Origin: an uncultured bacterium
GTDB lineage: Bacteria; Oederibacteriota; Oederibacteriia; Oederibacteriales; Oederibacteriaceae
DNA: 64,000 nucleotides
Reading direction: 5' to 3'
Assembly (NCBI GenBank): GCA_965112635.1
Contig: OZ218778.1
Coordinates: 243,666-307,665, forward strand
Shown here: in pieces, positions 51,560 to 62,110 of the stretch
Position numbering within the stretch: position 1 is the stretch's first letter
Layout: the number at the start of each line of letters is the position of its first letter
Made by a program: the position numbers and the translations under genes
The notes under the pieces: model-generated
The model's input: only the letters and a program-made list of their open reading frames with translations
The model's database searches: none
What the model was told of the DNA's origin: nothing

Positions 51560-52655
51560 TTAATCTTTTAAAGTGAAATAAAAAACTGTGCCCTTTCCAT
51601 ATTCGGACTCATACCATATCTTCCCCCCATTACGCTCCACGATACGCTTGCAAACAGCCAGGCCCACCCCGTTACCGGGGTACTTGACCCCTGCCAACCG
51701 CTGAAATAGGGAAAAAACCCTATCCTTATACTGGGGTTCTATTCCGATACCATTGTCCTTGATGGAAAAAACAACCTCTTTTCCCTTTTTCCCCGCAGAA
51801 AGATGAACACACGGTGCCTGTTCTCCGCAAAACTTGATGGAGTTGGCAATGAGATTCTGCAAAACCTGAAGAAGCTGGGAGGGGTCGGCCATGACCGCTG
51901 GCAAAGGATCTGTGGGTAATGACCGCTTTATTCTCTAATATGGCCAATTTCAGATTGGCCAGAGCGCCTTTAAGGACCTCCTCGGTATCCACCAGCTCCA
52001 GGGGTTTAGCCTGGGACTCTACCCGTGAGAATAATAACAGACCGTCAATGAGTCCCTGCATGCGGGTAGCTCCGTCTACGGCGAAATTGATGAATTCATC
52101 AGCATCCTGGTCCAGTTTGCCTTTATAGCGTTGCTCTATCAATTGAAGATAACTTACGACCATCCGGAGCGGCTCCTGCAGGTCGTGGGAGGCGATATTG
52201 GCGAACTGCTGGAGGTCTTCATTGCTGCTTTTTAGTTTTAAGGCATATTTCCTAATCTCCTCTTCCTCTTTGTGCCTGGTGATGTCCTCGATGGCCAGAA
52301 GAATGATATGCTCTTTTCCTAATGCTCTCTGAATTTGCCTTGCATTCAAAAGTAAGATGCGCCGGCCAATGGTGTCAAAATCGTGCTCCACCTCAAAATT
52401 GTCAAAGGAGGTCTTTTGAGGAAGGATGTTTTCCAGCAGTTCCCTTAGCTGGGGAATATTCCACTGTTTGTTACCCAGGTCATAGATTAACTGCCCCACC
52501 GTCTCTGCCGGGTTTACCTTAAAAAATTCATAGAAGGAACGGCTGGCGGAGATGACCCTGAGGTCCTGGTCCAGAACGACCAAGGGTTCGCGAATGGTAT
52601 TGATAATGCTTTCGGCGTATTCCTGGGATTCTACTGCTGTTTTTTCGCTAAACAT
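51560..52655 (-). pseudogene. PAS sensor histidine kinase, frame broken near 51905-51925 between HisKA and HATPase
   Basis: ORF 51726-52655 carries PAS and H-box (SHDLQEPLR); ORF 51560-51904 carries N-box/HATPase (QVLQNLIANSIKF, DNGIGI) in another frame. Confidence 0.65.
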
Positions 52656-52712
52656 TTCTTATCTCCTTGCTGGCTGCCTGGCCGCGTTCCCTGGCCCTTT
52701 CAGGCCAAGGCT

Positions 52713-52895
52713 TTACCTATGGAGTGAAAATACTACTGAGCTTGTTTTTGCAGGAGTTCGGATTGTAGGATGGTGATGTCTGTGGGTGGTGCGGCTCGAG
52801 GTGAAATTATTCTTGCAGGTATGGTTGAGTCCCTCAAAAATACTTCCCTTGAGGCTGGGACATTTCATATCACAGGTACAGTTATCTTTGGTCAT
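52713..52895 (-). pseudogene. internally deleted remnant of an FNR-like regulator gene (paralog of 56524-57219)
   Basis: N-terminal 27 codons (MTKDNCTCDMKCPSLKGSIFEGLNHTC) match the intact paralog; last ~12 codons in another frame (ILQSELLQKQAQ, stop at 52734) match its C-terminus. Confidence 0.55.
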
Positions 52896-52901
52896 TTTCT
52901 A

Positions 52902-52915
52902 CCCCCCCCCCCCCC
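52902..52915. repeat. C14 homopolymer (G14 on the minus strand) followed by A7, 6 nt upstream of the remnant ATG
   Basis: read directly. Confidence 0.9.
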
Positions 52916-53129
52916 GAAAAAAAGGGTGGAGGTTTCTACAATTAAGTTTAATCCTCTTCCTCTGCATTAGGAAGATATAAAAAAATTATCTTTTGCAAAT
53001 GGATATTGGGCCATTAACCGTCTTAAGAAAGCTGAGCAATATCAAGGGGTTTGCAACAATAGCGCCCCAAACAAGGGTTTTATTGGGTAACATGGATCAT
53101 AATTCAAAAATCCTCCTCTACCTCCCCCT

Positions 53130-54710
53130 TTTCTGTAAAGGGGGAAGGGGGATTGTTAAACAGCTGGCTGCTCAGGAATACAGGGCTTTTTGGACCGCCG
53201 CCAGCATGGTTTCGGATTCGTAAGGTTTGGCTAGGAACTGGAAACCTTGGTTGGTGAGTTCGTTTTGCTCCACGATCTTATCCAGATAACCGCTGGTCAC
53301 CAGCACCCGGATGTTAGGATTCTCTTTTCGGATTTCCTTGATAAGTGCATTCCCATCCATGCCGGGCAGAATGATGTCGGTAAAAAGCAATTTAAACCCT
53401 TTTTTCTCTTCCTTGAACGCCCTGAGGGCGTCTTCTGCATTCTCAGCGGGAAAAACAGTATAACCTTGTTCTTCGAGTATCTTGGTGGCCAGGGCCAGAT
53501 TGTCCGGCTGGTCCTCCACCAAAAGTATTTTTTCACCAGCGCCCCGGCCGTGCTCCAGGGCTATTTTCTTTTGTAGCTTGGGCTCCTGGTCTTTGCGTTC
53601 ATCCCTGGGGAACCATATCCTGAACTCTGTGCCTTTCCCAGGCTGACTGGACACATTGATCCACCCGTTATGCTGTTTCACGATGCCATAGGTGACGGAC
53701 AGGCCCAGGCCCGTGCCCTTGCCCCTGCTCTTGGTGGTAAAAAAGGGGTCAAATATTTTGGTCAGGGTCATGAAATTCATTCCTATACCGTTGTCCTTGA
53801 CTGTCAGGACTATAAAATCCCCGGGACGGGCTTCACGGATAACCTGCGCTTCTAACTGGCCAAGGGACACTGCCTGGGTCTTGATAAGCAGTTGGCCTCC
53901 CTGAGGCATGGCGTCGCGGGCGTTGACGCACAGGTTCATCAGGACCTGCCCTAACTGGTTCTGGTCCGCATATATTCTTTCTTGTCCTTTACTCAAGGCC
54001 AGCGTAAGCACGACGTGTTCACCCACCGCCTCTTTGAGTATTTTTTCCATACCCAGGACCACTTCATTCAGGGATAAGGACTGGAGGGACTGGTTCTGTT
54101 TGCGGCTGAAGGCCAGCAATTGTCCGGTCAGGGAGGCGGCTTTTATGCCCGCGCCTTTTATCTCCTCCAGGTAGTTCCTGGCGGCAGTCCAGTCATTGGC
54201 TTTCATCAGGGCCAAGTCAGAATAGCCGATGATGACGTTGAGCAGGTTGTTGAAATCATGGGCAATGCCTCCGGCCAATTCCCCGACAGAGGCCATTTTC
54301 TGGGTCTGGACCAAATCGCTCTGCAGGCGCCGGAATTCGGTGATATCGGTGGCGATGGTGGACCCGCCGACGACCTGGCCGTTCTTGTCGTAGATAGGCG
54401 AAAGGGCCAGCATCACCTGGACCCGGGTCCCATTTTTATGCAGGCGCTCTGTCTCAAAGCGCAGTATGGGTTGGCCAAGGTTAAGTTTTTTGGTGATCTC
54501 CAGCATCTCTTCCCTGCGTTCCGGAGGGACCAATTTTTCCGCGGACATGCCGATAGCCTCCTGGACGGAATACCCATATATCTTTTCCGCGCCCTTGTTC
54601 CAGCTCAAAATTATTTGATGATGGTCCCTGCTGAATATCGCGTCACCTGAGGATTCCGCGATGGTGGCCAGCAAGCGGTTTTTTTGTTCGGCTTCCCGGC
54701 GCTGGGTAAT
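53130..54710. repeat. second copy of the paralogous hybrid-kinase segment (see 48370-49950); bounds approximate
   Basis: same shared protein stretches and 3' flank. Confidence 0.6.
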
Positions 54711-56507
54711 ATCTTGGACATAGTTCACAAAATAAAGGATAACTCCCGTGGAGGGCTTGCGCACTGCAGCCACAGACACATTGGCCCAAATAATCCGGCC
54801 GTCCTTGCGTAAATACCGCTTTTCTAGGATGGCATTGTCAGCCTCACCCTCCGTCATGCTCCTCATGGCTTTTAACCCTATTTCATAATCTTCCGGATGA
54901 GTGATGCTGTTAAAGGTTTTGCCTAAAAGCTCATTCTCACCAAACCCCAGCATTTCGTTCATGGCCCGGTTGACCCTGAGATACCGGCCTTCAATATCCA
55001 CTAGGCTGACCCCGACCACGGCGTTTTCAAAAGAGGTCCTGAAAAGCTCCTCGCTCTCGGCCAAGGCCTTTTCAGCTTGCCGGCGTTCAGTCACATCGCT
55101 CATAAAATTGAGCGTAGCCAGCCGGCCCTGCCATTCGATCCTGACGGCGTTTATCTGCACCCAGCGCAGCTGGCCCGAAGCGGTCAGGATGCGGAACTCA
55201 TATATTTTTTCCAGGTCCTCCCCAGCCAGCCGTCTCAGGTGGTTTGCCGCGACCATGGCCCGGTCTTCCGGATAGATGAAATCAGTGAAAGGATGGCGGG
55301 ATATCTCTTCGGGTGGATATCCCAATTCCCGGACTGTGGCCTTGTTCACGAAAACCAGTTTGTTGTCCTGGGCCACCATGATCATTTCCTGGGAATTTTC
55401 CACGACCTGGCGGTATCTTTTCTCGCTCTCCCGCAGTGCTTCTGAAGCTTTCCTGAACTCGGTAATATCCCTTGCCGAGCTGAGCGTCCCGGTGATGCGC
55501 CCCTCCTCATCATGGACAAGGGAGTTATGAAAAGCCAATAAACGCCTGTCTCCTTGTTTGGTGACCACAAAATTCTCAAAATATTCAACTGGCTTGATAG
55601 CGCCGGAGATGATCTGGTCAAAAACAGAATGGACAGCCTGATACTCCTCGGGAGTAACGCAGGTCTTGAACCAGTCCTTGCCCAGGAGCTCTCCCTCCTG
55701 GTAACCGAGGAGTTCGTGACCCTTACGGTTGAGGAGCACGACCTGGCCCTGGGTGTCCAGCACCACCATCAATACCTGGGCAACTTCAAGATATTCGGAG
55801 GCTTTTCTTCTTTCGGCCCTTAAATACGCCACATCCTTCTTGCGCAGGGTCACATCGTTGGCCATGGATATATTTAACTTTCGCCCATCCGCGGTCCGGC
55901 CCAAGGCAGTAGATTGAAATTCCCAAACCCGGGTCTTCCCGCTTTTCGTCTTGACTGTGAACTCTCCCTCATTGTACCGGATGCCATCGTCCAGAGAAAA
56001 AAACAGATTTCTCCGGGACTGGACTTTGTCCTTTTTCAGCCCATAGGCAAGCTCAAGCCAAGCATCTAGTGTAGGTATGTCCGCCCGGCTATATCCGGTC
56101 AGTTCTTCCCAAACCTGGTTGACCCGGATGACCTCGCCATCCTCCGCGTAGATCATGATGGGAAACGGTGACAGCTGTATCACTTTTTCCCGCTGTTCCA
56201 GGCTGAGCCTCTCGGCTTTTTCTATGTGCTGGAGCAAAACGACCACGATAAACATGGAAAGGGATAAGGCAAAACGCCTCCCGGTCTCCAGAGGGTCAAT
56301 CGTGCTGGGAACATGGTTTACGAGCATCTGATACAGGGGGGAAAACGCAGGTAAAAGATCAAAACAAGGGCCAAACCCATGAAGGACCAGGAGACTTTCC
56401 TTTTGGACTTGGGCAGGCCCAGGAGGACCATCACCATGGCTATGAGGGCAATGATGGCCGAGGCCACATTGACCACGGTCAAAAACATGGCTGTCCCTCC
56501 TTTTCAA
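53172..56507 (-). CDS. hybrid multi-PAS sensor histidine kinase with C-terminal receiver; N-terminus uncertain
   Basis: multiple PAS, H-box [10 protein letters not shown], HATPase, receiver [10 protein letters not shown]; a 56-aa 2-TM ORF with strong RBS (56318-56488) lies in a neighbouring frame across a C6 run. Confidence 0.8.
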   Translation of the reverse strand: MKRRDSHVFDRGQCGLGHHCPHSHGDGPPGPAQVQKESLLVLHGFGPCFDLLPAFSPLYQMLVNHVPSTIDPLETGRRFALSLSMFIVVVLLQHIEKAERLSLEQREKVIQLSPFPIMIYAEDGEVIRVNQVWEELTGYSRADIPTLDAWLELAYGLKKDKVQSRRNLFFSLDDGIRYNEGEFTVKTKSGKTRVWEFQSTALGRTADGRKLNISMANDVTLRKKDVAYLRAERRKASEYLEVAQVLMVVLDTQGQVVLLNRKGHELLGYQEGELLGKDWFKTCVTPEEYQAVHSVFDQIISGAIKPVEYFENFVVTKQGDRRLLAFHNSLVHDEEGRITGTLSSARDITEFRKASEALRESEKRYRQVVENSQEMIMVAQDNKLVFVNKATVRELGYPPEEISRHPFTDFIYPEDRAMVAANHLRRLAGEDLEKIYEFRILTASGQLRWVQINAVRIEWQGRLATLNFMSDVTERRQAEKALAESEELFRTSFENAVVGVSLVDIEGRYLRVNRAMNEMLGFGENELLGKTFNSITHPEDYEIGLKAMRSMTEGEADNAILEKRYLRKDGRIIWANVSVAAVRKPSTGVILYFVNYVQDITQRREAEQKNRLLATIAESSGDAIFSRDHHQIILSWNKGAEKIYGYSVQEAIGMSAEKLVPPERREEMLEITKKLNLGQPILRFETERLHKNGTRVQVMLALSPIYDKNGQVVGGSTIATDITEFRRLQSDLVQTQKMASVGELAGGIAHDFNNLLNVIIGYSDLALMKANDWTAARNYLEEIKGAGIKAASLTGQLLAFSRKQNQSLQSLSLNEVVLGMEKILKEAVGEHVVLTLALSKGQERIYADQNQLGQVLMNLCVNARDAMPQGGQLLIKTQAVSLGQLEAQVIREARPGDFIVLTVKDNGIGMNFMTLTKIFDPFFTTKSRGKGTGLGLSVTYGIVKQHNGWINVSSQPGKGTEFRIWFPRDERKDQEPKLQKKIALEHGRGAGEKILLVEDQPDNLALATKILEEQGYTVFPAENAEDALRAFKEEKKGFKLLFTDIILPGMDGNALIKEIRKENPNIRVLVTSGYLDKIVEQNELTNQGFQFLAKPYESETMLAAVQKALYS

Positions 56508-56523
56508 TGTATGGTGACGATGA

Positions 56524-57219
56524 TTACTGGGCTTCCTTTTGCAGGAGTTCGGACTGCAGGACTGTGATCCTTTTGCCTACCAGGGAAATGATCTTTTTTT
56601 TCTCCAGTACTTTCAGGGCCCGGATGGCGGTCTCCTGGGCCGTGTCCGCCAGCTCGGCCAGCTCGGTCCGGGAAAGCTGGATGTTGAGCGAACCGTCCTT
56701 GGCCGGAGCATAGTCCCGGGCCAGCTTGCACAGCACCTCGGCCACCCGGTTCTTGACCGGCTTTTGGACCGCGCTTTCCAGCCGGGACAGGGTGTCGCCC
56801 ACCTCGGCTCCCATCCGGCTCATGATGTTCTCTCCCAGCCGGGGATCCAGCCCCAAGGCCGCGAATAAAATGGAGCGTTCAATGAAGCAGACCTGGGTTT
56901 CCTCCAGGGTTTCCGCAGAGGTGAAATTGACCTTGCCCGACATCAGCGCGGACACACCCAGCGCATCACACGGTCCGGCGATCTGGACGATCTGCTCGCG
57001 GTCCAGGCGGCCGGTTTTGTAGAGTTTTACTTTTCCGGAACGGATGTGATAAATGCCGTAGGGTTTATTGCCCTCATAAAAAAGGTTTTGTTTGGGTTTG
57101 TAGGTGTTGGTGGTGCGGCCCTTGGCGATATAATCCAGGCATTCATGGTTAAGCCCCTCGAATATACTTCCCTTGTAGCCGGGACATTTGGCGTCACAGG
57201 TCCAGTTTTGATTGACCAT
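56524..57219 (-). CDS. Crp/Fnr-family regulator with FNR-like cysteine pattern
   Basis: cNMP-binding-like fold plus C-terminal HTH (LSRTELAELADTAQETAIRALK); N-terminal C8-x3-C12-x14-C27 plus internal Cys (GPCDALG); AAGGAAG RBS before ATG 57219. Confidence 0.8.
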   Translation of the reverse strand: MVNQNWTCDAKCPGYKGSIFEGLNHECLDYIAKGRTTNTYKPKQNLFYEGNKPYGIYHIRSGKVKLYKTGRLDREQIVQIAGPCDALGVSALMSGKVNFTSAETLEETQVCFIERSILFAALGLDPRLGENIMSRMGAEVGDTLSRLESAVQKPVKNRVAEVLCKLARDYAPAKDGSLNIQLSRTELAELADTAQETAIRALKVLEKKKIISLVGKRITVLQSELLQKEAQ

Positions 57220-57302
57220 CCACGCTTCCTTTCTCCCCTGCCTCAATGTCTACATATAAAGTATAGTCCTTATAACCTGATTTCTGACAATGAAATGGCT
57301 GG

Positions 57303-57698
57303 CTAATTCGATCCGGGCAGGAGGTCATTGAGGGTCTTGAGAAACTGAGTTATATCCATGGGTTTAGAGATATAGCCGTCAAAGGAGTACGATTGGACCT
57401 CTTCCCGGTAATGGGGATTGCCCATGCCTGTGAAACTGACGACCTTGACGGCTTTGAAAGCCTCATTCTGCCGGATCATTTTGAAAATCTCAAATCCGTC
57501 AATGTCAGGAAGCCCGATATCCAGCAGGACAATATGTGGAACTATGGTGTCCAGGATTTCTATGGCCTCCTCACCTGTCGCGGCCTGATGGACCTGCCAG
57601 CCGTCCATTTTTAGGATCTCCACGGATATCTTCAGATTGGTCGGATGGTCCTCTACGACCAAAATGATCTTGGTTTTTACCTTTTCGCCATTAGCCAA
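57303..57698 (-). CDS. single-domain response regulator (receiver only)
   Basis: 131-aa CheY-like receiver (ILVVEDHPTN, LLDIGLPDIDG, YISKP). Confidence 0.8.
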   Translation of the reverse strand: MANGEKVKTKIILVVEDHPTNLKISVEILKMDGWQVHQAATGEEAIEILDTIVPHIVLLDIGLPDIDGFEIFKMIRQNEAFKAVKVVSFTGMGNPHYREEVQSYSFDGYISKPMDITQFLKTLNDLLPGSN

Positions 57699-57866
57699 TG
57701 TTTACTCCCCGTTGCCATGGATTGGTTTCTCGAATTTTTGTACCACTAATCTACCTTATAATTGGAAATCCCGTCAAGTTCCAGTTCAGTTGGATTGATG
57801 AGATATCGGGCAGGGCAATCCTTTTGATAATGATTCTTTCCCAACCGCCAGGGCCATCACAAATTT

Positions 57867-58883
57867 TCAGTCAGCACTCTGGTCGCCTATCTTGTGCTTG
57901 GCTATCTCGCAAAAACACCGCGTATGATTGGCGCACTGCGGGTCATACACCATGGCTTTTTTCAGATTAGAGACGGCGGCCTTGTAAAGCTCCGGGTCGC
58001 CGGTGAGGATACCCAAGCTCATCTGGGTGAGGCCGCAAAGACGATACGCCGCCACGTATTGCGGATCAAGCTCAATGGCTTTGTTAAAACAGGAGACGGC
58101 TCCCTTGATGTCATTGATCTGCCATAAATAAAATCCCCTATTATAATATTTCTCCGCCTCTCCCACGCTGATGCCGTCATTGGGGATCTTATAGCCCATG
58201 AGTTCCACATCTTTCTGGAGATGGATCAGGGAAATAACGACCACCGGATTGGATGAGTCTATTTTGGCCAGAGCCTCCGAAGCGCAATGCCGGACCTGCT
58301 GATCCGGGTCACTGAGCAGCTGGAACAGGGCAGGCATGGCGTCTTTATCAGAGGGATCGATGTTTCCCAGGACACCCGCGGCACAGCAGCGGACATTCCC
58401 ATCCGAGTCCTTGAGAAGATCCAGGAGCGGCGAGAGGATTTCTTTGGTTAGCGGTTTGATCTGTTGCAGGGCTTCCGCGGCCTTGGAACGGACCTCGGCA
58501 TCCTGGTCCTTGAGCATTCCCAGAAGAACAGGCACGTCTTTTTCACCGACTTTATTCCAATCCAAGTTCCCGGGTTTAGCGCTTGGAGCTACGGATTCCG
58601 CGGACTTTAAGGACCGCAGATCATTTTCTAGTTTTATTTTATCCGCCCTGACAGCCTCCGCAACCCGTTGTTTAAGTTCTGTATCTATACTTACTTTATC
58701 CTGCTCCATGGCCTTCAGATCCGCCTTGAGCGTGGCCTGGTCCTGCGCGATGGTTAGTTCGAGCTGATCGACCATGGGGTTGGCTGCCACAGGCAGGGTA
58801 GCCATTATGGTCATAAGCACGGCGATGCAAAAAAATACTATCAGTGCAGGGCATGAGTTTTTTGGGACAGCCAAGTTTTCCAA
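57867..58883 (-). CDS. secreted/membrane-anchored HEAT-repeat plus TPR-repeat protein
   Basis: three HEAT-like repeats (DAEVRSKAAEAL, DGNVRCCAAGVL, DQQVRHCASEAL) then TPR-like region; start uncertain (TTG 58883 with GGAGG, or GTG 58931). Confidence 0.6.
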   Translation of the reverse strand: MENLAVPKNSCPALIVFFCIAVLMTIMATLPVAANPMVDQLELTIAQDQATLKADLKAMEQDKVSIDTELKQRVAEAVRADKIKLENDLRSLKSAESVAPSAKPGNLDWNKVGEKDVPVLLGMLKDQDAEVRSKAAEALQQIKPLTKEILSPLLDLLKDSDGNVRCCAAGVLGNIDPSDKDAMPALFQLLSDPDQQVRHCASEALAKIDSSNPVVVISLIHLQKDVELMGYKIPNDGISVGEAEKYYNRGFYLWQINDIKGAVSCFNKAIELDPQYVAAYRLCGLTQMSLGILTGDPELYKAAVSNLKKAMVYDPQCANHTRCFCEIAKHKIGDQSAD

Positions 58884-59056
58884 GGTCGTACACCTCCGCT
58901 TTCCTCTAGTGCAAGTGTACCCCTGGACCAAAAAATCCCTTATGACGCAGGAAGACTGGCCGATTGATATTTGGATACGGAAAAGCTGACGCAGGTCAAT
59001 AGATGAAGGGTGTGTTTTTCAGGATTTTAAGCAATTTTCCGTAAAAAACTTTGGGG

Positions 59057-59941
59057 TTAGGGCCTTTTGGAGCCCCGGGCTAGCATCAGGGAAGGATTAA
59101 AATTCTCGTAAAGAGCAATATTTTTGCCTGATTTTTTAGCCTGGGCCACCAGTTGGCTGGCCTGCCTGAAGAGGTCCTGGCTTTCCGGAACATCCTCTCC
59201 CACGCTGACCAAACCGCAGCTGAAAGTGATCTTCCAGTTGTTGTATTCCATGGCCTTGTTCAGGTTCTGGTGGACCCTGTTCCAAAATTCTTTGGCGCCG
59301 GTTCCATCGATATTCACCAGCAGGACCCCGAACTCGTCCCCGCCCAGCCGGGCCACCTCGTCGCTTTCCCTGATATGCACTTTCAAAGTTTCAGCGACTT
59401 TGGCCAGCACCTCGTCGCCTGCCCTATGGCCCAGTGTGTGGTTTAAGTCCGCGAAATCATCCAGGTCAATGACCGCCAAGGTGTAGGGCGTATTTTTGTG
59501 CTGGCGTCTGTTCTCCTCGCGGTCCATGGCCTCATACAATCCCTGCCGGTTCAGGGTTTGGGTCAGATGGTCGGTCTTGGTAAGGACGATCTCGCGTTCC
59601 AGGGTTCCGCGGATGCGGCCGAGAAGGAGTGCGATAAGGGTGAAAACGGCGAGGTCCACTCCGCAATTCCAATAAGCAATGGTTTGTTGGGAATAGAGTT
59701 GATGGATGAAGTTCGTCCACACCGCAATGACTGCGCCCAAGGCCGTGCCAGCCCACCATCCCACGGTCCAGGTGGCCAACCCTACTGGAAAAATATAGAA
59801 AAGGAACAGGCTCGCTTCTTTGCCGGTAAGGTCATCTACATAAGTGATGATCAGGATGAGGAAAAGGCAGATGGCCAGGCGCATGGCATAGGGCAGTCTT
59901 TCCATCCAGCCGAACAGATTTTTTGGGTCAAAGTTTTGCAA
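59057..59941 (-). CDS. membrane-anchored diguanylate cyclase (GGDEF domain)
   Basis: N-terminal TM helices; GGDEF motif in RLGGDEFGVLL. Confidence 0.8.
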   Translation of the reverse strand: MQNFDPKNLFGWMERLPYAMRLAICLFLILIITYVDDLTGKEASLFLFYIFPVGLATWTVGWWAGTALGAVIAVWTNFIHQLYSQQTIAYWNCGVDLAVFTLIALLLGRIRGTLEREIVLTKTDHLTQTLNRQGLYEAMDREENRRQHKNTPYTLAVIDLDDFADLNHTLGHRAGDEVLAKVAETLKVHIRESDEVARLGGDEFGVLLVNIDGTGAKEFWNRVHQNLNKAMEYNNWKITFSCGLVSVGEDVPESQDLFRQASQLVAQAKKSGKNIALYENFNPSLMLARGSKRP

Positions 59942-59969
59942 GGCTCAGCACACCTCAAAAGTTATTACT

Positions 59970-60015
59970 GCTGGCAAGAAAATCACGGGCGTAAGCCCGA
60001 GAATGAATTGCCAGC
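59970..60015 (-). terminator. candidate structured 3' element/terminator after macB: 8-bp stem enclosing a CGGGC-GTAA-GCCCG hairpin
   Basis: nested inverted repeats read directly; only a weak T-run follows on the minus strand. Confidence 0.3.
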
Positions 60016-60090
60016 CCGCAGCGAAGCGGAGGAGTAACAAACATAATAAACTCTTCCATACAAATACCATGCCTGTGAAGGCGTGGATGT

Positions 60091-62094
60091 TTATTCGTAA
60101 CGCAGGGCCTCGATGGGTGATAGCTTGGAAGCCTGCCACGCCGGCCAGATCCCGAATATAATGCCTGTTCCAGCTGAGATAAAGACCGCCAGGAACACCG
60201 TGCCCCAGGGAAGCGAAATAGGCCAACCAGCCAGGACCGCCGTACTGATAGCGCCGCTGGAGCCGATCAAAATGCCGATGAATCCGCCGATCACTCCGAT
60301 CAAAATCGACTCGACCAAGAACTGGAACATGACCTCCATATTGTGCGCGCCGAGCGCTTTGCGCAATCCGATCTCCTTGGTCCTTTCCCTGACCGAAACC
60401 AGCATGATGTTCATGATACCGATGCCGCCCACAAACAGGGACAATAATGCGATCATGCTGATCATGGTGGTCAGAGTGCCGACCGTGTCCTGCTGGGCCT
60501 GCTGGATGTCCGACATATTGCGCACCGTGAAATCATCCAGTTTGCCCGGTTGGATATGCCGAGTGTGCCTCAAGATCTGAGAAACCTCCTGGATGCAGCC
60601 GTCCACGCCCTCCGGCGTTTTGGCGTCCACATCTATATAGTTGATGGTATTGAGACCCAGAAGACGGTACATGGCCGTATGCAAAGGCACGATCACCACA
60701 TCATCTTCATCCCGGTAGGTGGCTCCTTTGACGGGCAGGACCCCCAGCACTTGGAAATTGATCTTGTTGATCTTGATCTGGGTGCCGGTAGGATTGAAAT
60801 CCGGAGGGTAGATGCTCTTGACCACTGTAACTCCCAAAAGGCAGACTTTGGCCCGCTGTTGGTCTTCCTTTTCCGTGAAAAACCTGCCCGTGACCGGTTT
60901 GGAAGCCCTCATATCCTCATAGGTATATTCGCAGCCCGTGACCCGAGTGCTCCAGTTCTGGTCGCCATAACTGACCAACACACCCCCGCCCACACAACCG
61001 TCCACATGCCGGATCATGCTCTCCTGCTGATTGACCTGCCTAAGGTACAGGAGATCCATGAGCGTGAACTTCGGAGCACTTCCCGAACCTCTGGCGTCCT
61101 GGTTTCCTGGGAAGACCATCAAAAGATTGCTGCCCAACGAGGCCAGCCTCTGCTTGACCGCCTCTTTGGCCCCGTCACCGATGGCGGTCATGGCAATGAC
61201 CGCGGCCACGCCGATGATAATACCCAGCATGGTCAAAAAAGTGCGGAATTTATTCAGCGAAAGGGCAATGAGGGCCATTTTGACGTTCTCCAGGATCTCT
61301 GAGAATCCGGGAATGACGGTACTTTTTGGCACCGCTATCTGCCTGTCTTTTACCATGTTTTTGTGTTCCGGCCTGTTCTGAACATCTGAAATGATCTTCC
61401 CGTCTTTCATCGTGATAACGCGGCGCGCATGGGCGGCGATATCAGTCTCATGGGTGACCACGATAAGCGTCACTCCTTCCTCGCGGTTGAGACGGTCCAA
61501 TTCTTCCATGACTTCCACGGCCTGCTGGCTGGAAATATTCCCGGTCGGTTCGTCGGCAAAAAGAATGGAGGGAGAATTGACCAGGGCCCGGGCAATGGCG
61601 ACCCTTTGCTGCTGTCCCCCGGATAGCTGGTGCGGAGCATGGTGGAGCCTGTCGCCCAAACCGACCTTTTCCAAAAGGGTTTTAGCCCTGGCCTGAGGGT
61701 TGGGATGCCGGGCATAAATGGCCGGCAGGGCCACATTGGCTAGCGCTGTGGTCCTGGCGAGGAGGTTGAAGAATTGGAATATAAACCCTATGGCCCGATT
61801 GCGCAGGCTGGCGATCTGATCGTCGTTCAGCTCGGACATCTCATATCCGGCCAGAGAGATGCTTCCCGAAGTTGGCCGATCCAAAAGGCCCAGGATCTGC
61901 ATCAAGGTGGATTTGCCTGACCCAGAAGGCCCGACAATAGCGATATACTCCCCGGCCTGGATATCCAGGTCCAGATGGTCCAGGGCACGGACCACCACTC
62001 CGGACCCTTTTAGTTTTTTCTCGGCGGTCGCGTAGACCTTGCTCAAATCCCTGACTCGGATAAGCGGCCCGTTGCTGCTGGGTGTGGGGCTCAT
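60091..62094 (-). CDS. macB: MacB-type ABC transporter (ATPase fused to FtsX-like permease)
   Basis: Walker A GPSGSGKST, signature LSGGQQQRVAIARAL, Walker B LFADEPTGN; C-terminal 4-TM permease; ATG 62094 preferred over track start 62250. Confidence 0.85.
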   Translation of the reverse strand: MSPTPSSNGPLIRVRDLSKVYATAEKKLKGSGVVVRALDHLDLDIQAGEYIAIVGPSGSGKSTLMQILGLLDRPTSGSISLAGYEMSELNDDQIASLRNRAIGFIFQFFNLLARTTALANVALPAIYARHPNPQARAKTLLEKVGLGDRLHHAPHQLSGGQQQRVAIARALVNSPSILFADEPTGNISSQQAVEVMEELDRLNREEGVTLIVVTHETDIAAHARRVITMKDGKIISDVQNRPEHKNMVKDRQIAVPKSTVIPGFSEILENVKMALIALSLNKFRTFLTMLGIIIGVAAVIAMTAIGDGAKEAVKQRLASLGSNLLMVFPGNQDARGSGSAPKFTLMDLLYLRQVNQQESMIRHVDGCVGGGVLVSYGDQNWSTRVTGCEYTYEDMRASKPVTGRFFTEKEDQQRAKVCLLGVTVVKSIYPPDFNPTGTQIKINKINFQVLGVLPVKGATYRDEDDVVIVPLHTAMYRLLGLNTINYIDVDAKTPEGVDGCIQEVSQILRHTRHIQPGKLDDFTVRNMSDIQQAQQDTVGTLTTMISMIALLSLFVGGIGIMNIMLVSVRERTKEIGLRKALGAHNMEVMFQFLVESILIGVIGGFIGILIGSSGAISTAVLAGWPISLPWGTVFLAVFISAGTGIIFGIWPAWQASKLSPIEALRYE

Positions 62095-62110
62095 AAATTC
62101 CTTTCCTGAA

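Noticed and set aside
52902-52915. C14 tract as a bona fide phase-variation switch
   Set aside because: Not rejected outright, but it cannot be told apart from an assembly or poly-G read artefact from sequence alone, and the ORF behind it is already a remnant.
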